The notes under the pieces: model-generated
What the model saw: the letters and a program-made list of their open reading frames with translations, nothing else
What the model was told of the DNA's origin: nothing
The model's database searches: none
Virus record (IMG/VR): IMGVR_UViG_3300037501_000151
Coordinates: 1-30,465 of that record
Direction: 5' to 3' (one strand)
Source: a virus
Lineage: Duplodnaviria > Caudoviricetes
DNA: 30,465 nt
In this document: positions 16,633 to 25,151 of the stretch, one piece after another
How positions within the stretch are numbered: position 1 is the stretch's first letter
Layout of the letters: the number at the start of each line of letters is the position of its first letter
Program-made: the position numbers and the translations under genes

Positions 16633-16782
16633 AAATATAGGTCAAGTCTTTTTAGAATTCAATGCGCAAAGTATATCCCAAAGGAGGTATTGACAAGGGC
16701 AGCCGTACGCCATGCGTACGGCTGAGTTAATATCCCAAAGGAGATATTGACTTCGGGAAGCCGTCCGCCATGCGGACGGCTT
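16633..16782 (-). promoter_or_regulatory. Repeated early promoter cassette B plus partial copy C (hairpin copies 3 and 4)
   Basis: TTGAAT(16662-16657)-17 nt-TATATT(16639-16634); TATCCCAAAGGAGrTATTGAC twice; hairpins at 16700-16724 and 16758-16782. Confidence 0.8.
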
Positions 16783-17058
16783 GAAGGATCACAGCGCTCA
16801 CAGAAGTAGGGATAGGGTCGAGTGGGGGAAGAAGCACCCCCCGGGTCTCCTCCCAAGGGGGGTGGCGTCCGTAGAAAGGCCCAGCCACGCACCTCTCCAC
16901 ACTAAAAAATCTTATAAACTACGCAATAAACGCATATTATATCTCGCATCTATTTTCATCCTCCGGCGACCCGCCCCCACTCTCGCCCGCCCGGCGATTT
17001 GGGTTTAGGCCCCCCCCCCCCCTCCGCCCCAGTTAATTGCTCACTTTATGCAAGATAT

Positions 17059-17086
17059 TTGCCTTTCCCTGTTTTTATGCCATAAT
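17059..17086 (+). promoter_or_regulatory. Putative rightward promoter for the packaging/structural arm
   Basis: TTGCCT-16 nt-CATAAT with extended -10 (TGc); ATG 6 nt downstream. Confidence 0.55.
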
Positions 17087-17092
17087 GTGCAA

Positions 17093-17731
17093 ATGAGCGC
17101 GATTATGCCTATCTCCGGTTCACCGCTTATCCCCGAGACGGAAGCGGAACTTATTGATCTCTCCGAGGACGAGAACTTCGACTTCTCTCGGGTGTCGTTC
17201 GAGCCGGGATATAAGTACGGGCCGAAGAAGCTCTCCCGGAAGCATTACGAGATCTTTCGCATTATTGCAACTGACCCTCTCCTTTCAAATGGGGAGGTCG
17301 CCCGGCGGGTCGGAGTTACGGAATCCTGGCTCTCCATCGTCATCAACACCGATATGTTCAAGGCGTTGATGGAGGCATACAAACGCCAGGTTGTTTCCTC
17401 TGTTACCGCTAGTCTGCAGGAGAAGACGCACGCCGCCGTGAATCTGGCGATGGACAGAATTATCGGGCATCTTCAGCAGCCGGTTTCTGATCCCGATTAC
17501 GCATTAACTGTTGCAACGAAACTTGGCTCGGGGGCCGGACTTCCGCTTTCCAAGGCGAACGGAACCGGACTTTCTGCCCAGAATCAAGTTAATGTCTTCG
17601 TTGCTTCAAAAGAGGAGCTCGCGCACGCCCGCGAGCTCCTCGTCCGTTTTCACGATAACATTCCCCCGCTGGAGGAAGGAAAGCCGCAGCTTAATCCCGC
17701 CGGCCAGATCATCGAGGGGGAAAAGGTATGA
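17093..17731 (+). CDS. Putative terminase small subunit (HTH)
   Basis: HTH SNGEVARRVGVTESWLSIVIN followed by helical segments; first gene of the packaging operon. Start uncertain (17048, 17093 or 17105). Confidence 0.7.
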   Translation: MSAIMPISGSPLIPETEAELIDLSEDENFDFSRVSFEPGYKYGPKKLSRKHYEIFRIIATDPLLSNGEVARRVGVTESWLSIVINTDMFKALMEAYKRQVVSSVTASLQEKTHAAVNLAMDRIIGHLQQPVSDPDYALTVATKLGSGAGLPLSKANGTGLSAQNQVNVFVASKEELAHARELLVRFHDNIPPLEEGKPQLNPAGQIIEGEKV

Positions 17732-18231
17732 GCGCAATACTCTCCGACGAGAGAGTAGACTGGGCTGCGGTCTGCGAAAAGCCGCCCTTTGCTGCACAGA
17801 GGAAAAGGGGCCGGGCCTCATTAATGAACGGAATACGGTTCGAGAAACAGGTTCTTGACCATCTCGAAAAAGAGATAGAAAAGGAAAAGTTCTTCCGCCA
17901 GGTCTGGATGATGTACCAGTACCGGGGGGACAAACGATACTGCCAGCTGGATGCTCTTGAAGTGGTAGATAAGGACACCGCGATTATCTACGAGATTAAG
18001 CTTCGGCATTGCGCGGCGGCAGAGAGGCAGCTATTTGATCTTTATCTCCCGGTTGTAAGAACACTTCTCTCCCGCCCGCGACTCTTGTGCATTGAAATTG
18101 TGCGCTATTTTGATATCTCAACGATGACCGGAAGATCGCCGAAGATTGCTTCGTATAGCGAAAGGAAGGCGTTTCTTGAGACATTATCCCCCGGCGAGTT
18201 TGGAGTTCTGACGTGGCCGATCAAACTATAA
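17728..18231 (+). CDS. PD-(D/E)XK family nuclease
   Basis: GIRFE...QLDAL...IIYEIKL...AERQL..LY pattern; overlaps both neighbours. Confidence 0.65.
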   Translation: MSAILSDERVDWAAVCEKPPFAAQRKRGRASLMNGIRFEKQVLDHLEKEIEKEKFFRQVWMMYQYRGDKRYCQLDALEVVDKDTAIIYEIKLRHCAAAERQLFDLYLPVVRTLLSRPRLLCIEIVRYFDISTMTGRSPKIASYSERKAFLETLSPGEFGVLTWPIKL

Positions 18232-19772
18232 GCCCCGCCGACGAACTCCTTGTAAAGCGGGAGTTTGAAAAGGATGAGCGGGTTCTTCTCTCTCGAGAAA
18301 GTGCCAGCATGATTTTAAAGGCAGCAGCGGTTGACAGCCTTTTCTATTCTCGCTGTTTCTTTCCCCGCTCTTGTTCGCAAGACCCGCCGGGGATGCACCG
18401 AGAAATCTGGGATGTTATGGAGCGCCAGGAAAATCGCTATGTTGCAAACGCGGTTTTTCGAGGCGGAGCAAAGACAACCCTTACCCGACTTTTTACGTCG
18501 AAACGAATTTCGTATGGGATTTCCAGATTAACGCTTTGTTTATCCCGCTCGCAGAAGCACGCCCTTTACTCGATTGACTGGCTCAAAAAGAATGTCGAGA
18601 GGAACAAGAAATGGGCCCAGTTCTTCGGCCTTCACCCCGGCTCGAAGTGGACTGGAGAGGAGATCGAAATCGTATCTGATGTTTCAGAGAACGTTACAAG
18701 AGTAATCGCTCTGGGCATAACGGGACAGATTCGCGGCTATAATGTAGATGATGCCCGGCCAGATTTAATCGTAGGAGACGATATTGACTCGGACGAAACG
18801 ACAGCTACACCCGAACAAAGGGAAAAGACCCGCGAGCTTGTCCACGGTGCGCTCGTTCGCTCGCTTGCCCCGCAAACGGAGAATCCGAACGCAAAGTTCG
18901 TCCTCAATCAAACTCCACTCCACTCAGAAGACAATCTCGCTGTTGCGCTTCGAGATCCTTCATACGCAGCTCGCATCTTTTCTTGCTTTGATGCCCAGGG
19001 GAAATCCCGCTGGCCGTCCCGCTTCCCGACGGAAACCCTCCTCAAGGAGAAGGAAGCGTACATAGCGAGAAATCAGTTGTCTTTGTGGCTCCGGGAAATG
19101 GAATGTCGGATCGTTGCGAGAGAAACCCGCTCGTTCCGCTTAGAGTGGCTTAGATATTGGCAGATTCTGCCGCCCGGCGGCGTGTTTGTAGCGGCTATCG
19201 ACCCTGCCTCTTCCTCGGAGAAAGAAGCCTGTTTTCAGGTTCTTTCTCTCATTTACATTGTCGAACCAGACTATTATCTCGTTTACTATTCCCGAACGAA
19301 GGGAGAGATGCCTGAACAGTTGTGGGCTAAGATTCGAGAGATGGTGTTCCAGTTCCAAGACATTCGAGTGATCGGAGTAGAGGCAATTGCATATCAGCGT
19401 GTCCTCCAGCATTATTTAGAGAGAAAGATGGAGGAGTCGGGGCTTTTTATTCCGATTGCTCCAATATCCGGCGATCGACGGAAAAAGGCGGATCGTATTA
19501 TCCAGACGATTGGTCGCCGGGCTGCATACGGGCATCTTTGGATTCGGCAAGAGCACGCTGAGTTCATTGAGGAATACGTTGATCATTCTCCGAGTGAAGA
19601 TCACAAATACGATGACCTTCTGGATGCGACTTCGATGGCGATGGAGTTGCTGAACCCTACGTTCTCAACCGCCGAGGTATTCAAGTCGGCCAGCGACTAT
19701 TATAACCCGAGCGCTAATATGCGCTCCGAGGCGACTAACAACTTGAAAGCATCGTGGAGAGGAGCACCTTAA
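18213..19772 (+). CDS. terL: Terminase large subunit
   Basis: Walker A FRGGAKTT, Walker B LIVGDD, GQIRG; RNase H-like nuclease motifs AAIDPA, GVE and DDLLDA. Confidence 0.92.
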   Translation: MADQTISPADELLVKREFEKDERVLLSRESASMILKAAAVDSLFYSRCFFPRSCSQDPPGMHREIWDVMERQENRYVANAVFRGGAKTTLTRLFTSKRISYGISRLTLCLSRSQKHALYSIDWLKKNVERNKKWAQFFGLHPGSKWTGEEIEIVSDVSENVTRVIALGITGQIRGYNVDDARPDLIVGDDIDSDETTATPEQREKTRELVHGALVRSLAPQTENPNAKFVLNQTPLHSEDNLAVALRDPSYAARIFSCFDAQGKSRWPSRFPTETLLKEKEAYIARNQLSLWLREMECRIVARETRSFRLEWLRYWQILPPGGVFVAAIDPASSSEKEACFQVLSLIYIVEPDYYLVYYSRTKGEMPEQLWAKIREMVFQFQDIRVIGVEAIAYQRVLQHYLERKMEESGLFIPIAPISGDRRKKADRIIQTIGRRAAYGHLWIRQEHAEFIEEYVDHSPSEDHKYDDLLDATSMAMELLNPTFSTAEVFKSASDYYNPSANMRSEATNNLKASWRGAP

Positions 19773-21728
19773 GTGAGCGAACTTTATAATCTTCCTTATG
19801 ACGCAGCCGGCGACTCAAAGCACGGCAAAATTCTCAACGCTCTTTTGGAGCGGATACGGGCGTCCGAGCAGCATATGTCGAAGAAGAAGAAAACCTACTC
19901 GGATTTGGAGAAGATGGTTCAAGGCTACATTCCAGAAAAAGAAATGGAGCTTATTCGGAAGAATAAGTATAAGGTAAAAGGGGAGCCTACTTACTACACT
20001 ATAATGATCCCCTATGCGTATGCGGAACTAATGACAGCGCACACGTATTTGGTGAGTGCGATCCTCTCCCGCTATCCCCTCTTTCAGTACGCGTCTTGGA
20101 ATGTGGAAGCGGAGATGAAAGAGAAAGCCGTTGAAGCTGTTATGGGATATCAGCTCCGGGCCGGGAATAATGTCGTCCCGCTCTATATCTGGCATTATGA
20201 CGCCTTGAAATATGGATCGGGAATTCTCTCAACCTATTGGGATGAGGATTATCGGTACGTTTCTCGGATCGAGCTTGTGCCGACAACGGTGAATGGGTTT
20301 GAGGTTGGGAATTATGAGCGCCGACGAGTGACGGAGAAGATTACGAAATATAAGGGGAATAGATTCTGGAACATTCGTCCTCATGATTTTCTTCCCGATC
20401 CCCGCGTCCCGCTGAATCAAGTCCAGCGGGGAGAGTATTGCGGTTGGTCGAGCGAGGTAAGTTGGAGTGATATTCTCCTTGGAAAGGACGCCGGGACGTA
20501 TATGAATATCGAGGAGCTGGAAAAAGGGACGAGTGAGGCAAGAAAACGGGACGAAACGCACCTTGATATCCCAGAGCCCAAATTGACGTTGAAGTTTGCC
20601 CCGGTTGGGTTTGTCTCTCTTATCTATCTTTTTGTCCGGCTCGTTCCTGCCGAGTGGGGTCTGGGCTCGAGTCGCAATCCCGAGAAGTGGGTTTTTACGA
20701 TTGCAAACCGGAGGGTTATTATTCAAGCCCGGCCTTACGGAGAGTATCACGATAACTACCCCATTTTCGTAATCGAGCCTGAGTTTGAAGGGTATTATGA
20801 GTTTTCCCGCTCCCGGCTCGAGACTGTGGAGCCGATGCAGGATGTAATTTCCTGGCTTCTAAATTCGCATTTCCACAACGTTCGGAAGACGCTGAACGAT
20901 ATGTTCATCGTTGATCCCTCCAAAGTGGAAATGACTGACCTTTTGAATCCCCAGCCGGGCAAGCTAATCCGAACGAAGCCTCTTTTTTGGGGCCAGAATC
21001 TTGACCAGATCATCCGGCAATTCCCGGTGACAGATGTAACGAGATCGCATACGCAAGACTCGGATATGATGATGGAGATGGCTCAGCGGATTCTCGGAAC
21101 AAACGACCCGATGATGGGCGTCTTGCAGCAAGGGGGAAGAAAAAGTGCGACCGAGATCCGAACAACTACATCTCTTGGAACGAACAGAATGAAGGTGACC
21201 TCGCAGTTTTGTGAGGTTCAGGGGATGCAAAAGCTGGGGCAAGTCGCCCTTCAGATTACGCAGCAATATTACGACGATGAAATGGAGTTTAAGCTCCTTC
21301 GAGATAAAGGTTCGATAAGGGTCGCCCCGCAGGATATCGCCGGCCAGTACGATTTCATCACGATAGATGGAAACGTCCCGCTGGATAATATTAGTGTAAT
21401 GAATGTCTGGAAAGAGATACTTCTTCAGGGAATGAGAATCCCGAATTTTATGCAGGTTTTCGATCCGTTTTCGATGCTGACGGAGATCGCAAAACTCGCC
21501 GGATTGAACAGTATTGACAGATTCCGGGCGCAAGTCACACCGCAGGCCCCCGGAATGGCACCACCTGGCAGCGTACCTATAGGAGAACTTTCAAATGCTC
21601 TCGGAATCTCAGCAGGAGGCCCTGGACAGCCTATTCGCGGAGCAGGAGCTGTTCCAAACATTGCTAGACTCCCCGGCGTGGGCGCGCTTGGTGGAGCTAT
21701 GCCAGGAGCAATACAGCGCCCGCGATGA
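19773..21728 (+). CDS. Portal protein
   Basis: 651 aa immediately after TerL; DALKYGSG, PHDFLPDP, PGKLIR and SATE motifs typical of P22/podovirus-like portals. Confidence 0.88.
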   Translation: MSELYNLPYDAAGDSKHGKILNALLERIRASEQHMSKKKKTYSDLEKMVQGYIPEKEMELIRKNKYKVKGEPTYYTIMIPYAYAELMTAHTYLVSAILSRYPLFQYASWNVEAEMKEKAVEAVMGYQLRAGNNVVPLYIWHYDALKYGSGILSTYWDEDYRYVSRIELVPTTVNGFEVGNYERRRVTEKITKYKGNRFWNIRPHDFLPDPRVPLNQVQRGEYCGWSSEVSWSDILLGKDAGTYMNIEELEKGTSEARKRDETHLDIPEPKLTLKFAPVGFVSLIYLFVRLVPAEWGLGSSRNPEKWVFTIANRRVIIQARPYGEYHDNYPIFVIEPEFEGYYEFSRSRLETVEPMQDVISWLLNSHFHNVRKTLNDMFIVDPSKVEMTDLLNPQPGKLIRTKPLFWGQNLDQIIRQFPVTDVTRSHTQDSDMMMEMAQRILGTNDPMMGVLQQGGRKSATEIRTTTSLGTNRMKVTSQFCEVQGMQKLGQVALQITQQYYDDEMEFKLLRDKGSIRVAPQDIAGQYDFITIDGNVPLDNISVMNVWKEILLQGMRIPNFMQVFDPFSMLTEIAKLAGLNSIDRFRAQVTPQAPGMAPPGSVPIGELSNALGISAGGPGQPIRGAGAVPNIARLPGVGALGGAMPGAIQRPR

Positions 21729-21912
21729 TGCGAGAAAGAAACTAGCACAAAACCTCGATGATCTCATCCAGCTTAATAATTTTCTTGCAGAGCAGCTTGG
21801 AATCAAGCTTGTTCTTGAGCTACCGGCGCTTCGACTTGGACAAATCCAAGTTGAAATCGCTAATATCCACACACTAGCGCAAAGAGAGGACGAAAATGAC
21901 TCTGAAAATTGA
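21595..21912 (+). CDS. Small helical protein between portal and scaffold
   Basis: AGGAG RBS; LLDSPAW motif; overlaps the portal 3' end by 134 nt. Confidence 0.7.
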   Translation: MLSESQQEALDSLFAEQELFQTLLDSPAWARLVELCQEQYSARDDARKKLAQNLDDLIQLNNFLAEQLGIKLVLELPALRLGQIQVEIANIHTLAQREDENDSEN

Positions 21913-22912
21913 AGGCACGTTTAATCAGGTAAAAAAGGAAGATGAAAAAGTAATCGAGGAGAATGAGTTTGCTTCGATTGCTACTGGTAGGATGCCAGAG
22001 TCTGCCGACGAAACTGAAACTGGAGAGGAAAACTCCAATGAGGTAAACGCGGAGAAAGAGGATTCTGATACCGGCGACGTCAAGGTTGAAGAAACGGACA
22101 AAGAAAAGTCCGAATCTGAAGCCGAGGCGGACGAAGGTAAGGTTGCGGCAGAAACCGCAGAAGTCGCATCTGGAGGCGACGGATCGGAAGGAAAGGCAGA
22201 GACGCGGAAAGAGCCAGAAACTCCCGTCAAGCCGATTCCCGAAAAAGAGGCTGCCCCCGCTGTAAAAGAGCCGAGTGATGCCGAAAAAGCGGCATACACA
22301 GCTGAAATGCAGCGCCGGCAAGCTGCTTTTTACGCCGATCTTGTAAAGCGTTATCAGGTTACTCCAGAACTTGTTGAGGAGTTGAAACTTGAACCAGAGA
22401 AGGTTCTTCCGAATTTGCTGGCTCGGACTCATATGGATGTCTTGGGGCAAATGCAGGGATCGCTTCCCCAAATGGTGGCCGCTCAAATTGAGCAGTTTAA
22501 TAAAGCAAGGGAAACTGTGCAGAAAAGTGAAGATGCTTTTCTCTCCGCGTGGCCTCAGCTGAAAAGACTTTTAAGTGAAAGGCCGCAGGAAAGGGACAAC
22601 TTCATTAAGTATGCGGGAGCGTTCAAGCAGATGGGACTCTCCGCGGAGGAATATACCAAGAAGTTTGGGAAGTTTCTCTGCGCTGAGTATGATCTGCCGC
22701 TTTCCTATGACCCTGAGGATTCTGCAAAGGATAGTAAGGTGACAAAGATTGAAGATGCGAAGCCGAAGAAAATGAAGCCGTTTAAGCCGGCTGGTTCTGC
22801 CGGAACCGCATCTCGAGTTACCCCTGAATCTGAGGAGAATCCGAATGAGTACGTAGTGGCTGCCAAAGAGCTTGTGGATGCTCGGACAAAGAAATCCTCA
22901 ACATCAACCTGA
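21896..22912 (+). CDS. Capsid scaffolding protein
   Basis: Very acidic low-complexity N-terminal half and helical C-terminal half; directly upstream of the capsid gene. Confidence 0.75.
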   Translation: MTLKIEGTFNQVKKEDEKVIEENEFASIATGRMPESADETETGEENSNEVNAEKEDSDTGDVKVEETDKEKSESEAEADEGKVAAETAEVASGGDGSEGKAETRKEPETPVKPIPEKEAAPAVKEPSDAEKAAYTAEMQRRQAAFYADLVKRYQVTPELVEELKLEPEKVLPNLLARTHMDVLGQMQGSLPQMVAAQIEQFNKARETVQKSEDAFLSAWPQLKRLLSERPQERDNFIKYAGAFKQMGLSAEEYTKKFGKFLCAEYDLPLSYDPEDSAKDSKVTKIEDAKPKKMKPFKPAGSAGTASRVTPESEENPNEYVVAAKELVDARTKKSSTST

Positions 22913-22938
22913 TTGCGCGTTAGCGCTGGAGAACTGAA

Positions 22939-24171
22939 ATGGCTGCTGTAGCTGGACTGCGTGGCACTGGCGACTTTGCCGCGAACGAACTCCCGGAAGA
23001 TTTCCGAGAGTTTATTCTTTGGAAGAACCCGAACGGCTCTGCCGTTCTTACTGCCCTGATGGGCAAGACGAAAAAGAAGGAAACCACTCATCCCCATTTT
23101 CACTGGTGGGGTGAAGGGAATGACATCATTCGTCTGCAAGTCAACTATGGGACGGGCTATTCTGGCTCGGACAACACCCTGGTTGTTGACTCTCCCGATC
23201 CCGATGCCGCGAATTTTGGCAGGGTTTATGGTCTGGCGACTCACCTGAAGCCCGGCGACCTGCTGATGGTGGAGAAGTCGGAAGCCGCGACGATTGACAA
23301 CGAAATCGTAATGGTCTCCTCGGTAACGAGTGCGACTCAACTCGTTGTCAAGCGCGGACAGGCGGGAACGACTGCGGCTGCGATTGCTGACGACGCGTAT
23401 CTGTTGTTCGTCGGCTCGGCGTATTCGGAAGGCACTAACTCGCCGGATGCGACTGCGCGCAACCCGGTTGAGTTTGACAACTATTGTCAGATTCTGAAGG
23501 ACGCGTATGAGCTGACCGGAACGGCGCAGGTGACCGAGACGCGTACCGGCGACCCCGAGGACAACGACAAGATGCGCGGCATGTTCCGGCACTCGATGTC
23601 GCTGGAGAAGATGCTGATGTTTGGTCGGAAGTACTCGACGACCGGCGCGAATGGAAAGCCTCTGCGCTTTTCTGCCGGCCTTCGTGCGCAGATCCCGGCC
23701 GACGTTACGACTATCTTTGCCACGACGCCGACGAAGGATACGTTCCTGAACGCCGTGTACAAGAGCTTCGACTTTGAAAGCGAGGCCGGGGACGAGCGTA
23801 TCGTGATCGCAGGAAACGGCTTCTTAAATAATCTGAACAAGCTGATCACCGCCGCCGGGACGGTGCAGTTTGGGCCGATTGTCAAGACCTACGGCATGAA
23901 CCTGCGGCAGTATGTCCTGCCACAAGGGACGCTTTTCCTGCGTACCCATCCTCTTATGAATCGGCATTCCGTTTATGCCTATAGCGCATTTATTATCGAC
24001 GCGAGTGCCCTGACTTGGCGCTTCATGCCGGGCCGGGATACGAAGTCGAAAGATAACGTGCAGGCAAACGATGCCGACACGAAGAAGGGAATGTGGATGA
24101 CCGAAGGTGGCCTCCAGCTGAACTACGGCGGCCTGACCTGCGGTTATATCGGCAACTTTACTATTCCGTAA
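22939..24171 (+). CDS. Major capsid protein (SU10/DUF5309-like, with a beta-rich insertion)
   Basis: 410 aa after the scaffold; HWWGE, NYCQI and EGGL motifs; C-ending codons look enriched; followed by a terminator. Confidence 0.85.
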   Translation: MAAVAGLRGTGDFAANELPEDFREFILWKNPNGSAVLTALMGKTKKKETTHPHFHWWGEGNDIIRLQVNYGTGYSGSDNTLVVDSPDPDAANFGRVYGLATHLKPGDLLMVEKSEAATIDNEIVMVSSVTSATQLVVKRGQAGTTAAAIADDAYLLFVGSAYSEGTNSPDATARNPVEFDNYCQILKDAYELTGTAQVTETRTGDPEDNDKMRGMFRHSMSLEKMLMFGRKYSTTGANGKPLRFSAGLRAQIPADVTTIFATTPTKDTFLNAVYKSFDFESEAGDERIVIAGNGFLNNLNKLITAAGTVQFGPIVKTYGMNLRQYVLPQGTLFLRTHPLMNRHSVYAYSAFIIDASALTWRFMPGRDTKSKDNVQANDADTKKGMWMTEGGLQLNYGGLTCGYIGNFTIP

Positions 24172-24188
24172 TTCGCTGGTGGTGGTTA

Positions 24189-24221
24189 TCCCTCCCTCAG
24201 AAATGGGGGAGGGACTTTTTT
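24189..24221 (+). terminator. Intrinsic terminator after the capsid gene
   Basis: TCCCTCCCTCA-GAAA-TGGGGGAGGGA followed by CTTTTTT. Confidence 0.85.
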
Positions 24222-24233
24222 AGGAGCTTGGAA

Positions 24234-24437
24234 ATGCCTGCAGGTACAAAGGTTCATAAGATGTATGAGGCGTTAAAGGACAAGGGAATGGATAAGGGAA
24301 AGGCTGCGAGAATAGCACAGGCGAAAACTGGGCTTGCGCTTGCGACCGGGAAACATCCAAAGGGAAAGAAAAAGAAAGCAGAAGAAGCGAAACCGGAAAA
24401 CGAGTTTGTGGCCCTAGCGAAAAAAGGGCGCAATTAA
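24234..24437 (+). CDS. Small basic protein, possibly DNA-binding or an internal virion protein
   Basis: AGGAG RBS; MYEALKDKGMDKGKAARIA helix-loop-helix; Lys-rich. Confidence 0.75.
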   Translation: MPAGTKVHKMYEALKDKGMDKGKAARIAQAKTGLALATGKHPKGKKKKAEEAKPENEFVALAKKGRN

Positions 24438-24449
24438 CAGGAAAATAAA

Positions 24450-25151
24450 ATGAGCAATCAACACCACCAGGGGCAAGATTTTAATGTTGTCGTTGCTGTT
24501 CCTTCGATGGGAGAGTGGAAAGCAGCTTTTGGAATCTCTCTTATTGGGCTGTTTGCTCATGCGGCAGGGACAGCACCGGCCAACGCAAAAAATTGGCAGG
24601 TTAGCCTCGAGTCTGTATATGGGAGTATCCTTTCAAAATCTCGCCAAACTGCGGTTCGAGCCGCAATTAAGAGAAAAGCCTCCCACTTGCTTTTTATTGA
24701 CAGCGATATGACCTTTCCGCCCGATACGCTGATGCGGCTTCTCAAAAGAGATAAGCAGATTGTCGCTGCAAACTGCCCTACAAAGACAATTCCGCCCGGC
24801 TGGACTGCTCGAAAGAAAGACGTAAGCAATCCGCTTGGTGGAAAGATGGTTTCCTCGACTAACAAGAGTGGGCTCGAAAGAGTCTGGAAAATCGGCTTTG
24901 GTGTCTGCCTTATCGATATGAAAGTTTTTAATCTCGTTTCAGAACCGTGGTTCGATATCGGCTTAGTCGCCGGGACAAACGAGTATATGGGAGAAGATTG
25001 GTTCTTCTTTCAACGCTGCGAGCAATACGGAATAGAGCCGTACATTGACCACGAGCTCTCACAAGAGATCGGGCATGTAGGGAATTTTGAGTATGATATG
25101 CAATATGGAGAGCTTCCAGAAGAAACAGAAGCTATGGAGAAGGTGGCATGA
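24450..25151 (+). CDS. GT-A fold glycosyltransferase (GT2-like)
   Basis: VVVAVP, HLLFIDSD (DxD), GFGVCLI, GEDWFF and IGHVG. Confidence 0.85.
   Translation: MSNQHHQGQDFNVVVAVPSMGEWKAAFGISLIGLFAHAAGTAPANAKNWQVSLESVYGSILSKSRQTAVRAAIKRKASHLLFIDSDMTFPPDTLMRLLKRDKQIVAANCPTKTIPPGWTARKKDVSNPLGGKMVSSTNKSGLERVWKIGFGVCLIDMKVFNLVSEPWFDIGLVAGTNEYMGEDWFFFQRCEQYGIEPYIDHELSQEIGHVGNFEYDMQYGELPEETEAMEKVA

Noticed and set aside
15919-16782. Repeated cassettes as a CRISPR mini-array, given the Cas4-like and Csx20-like genes
   Set aside because: Spacing is irregular (about 714 and 57 bp), whole genes lie between copies, and the repeats contain promoters.
22705-23592. 295-aa minus-strand ORF
   Set aside because: Antisense to the major capsid gene; explained by codon bias.
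24093-24233. -1 frameshift extension of the capsid protein into the downstream ORF
   Set aside because: No X XXY YYZ slippery site seen; the frame crosses a terminator; the downstream gene has its own RBS at 24234.
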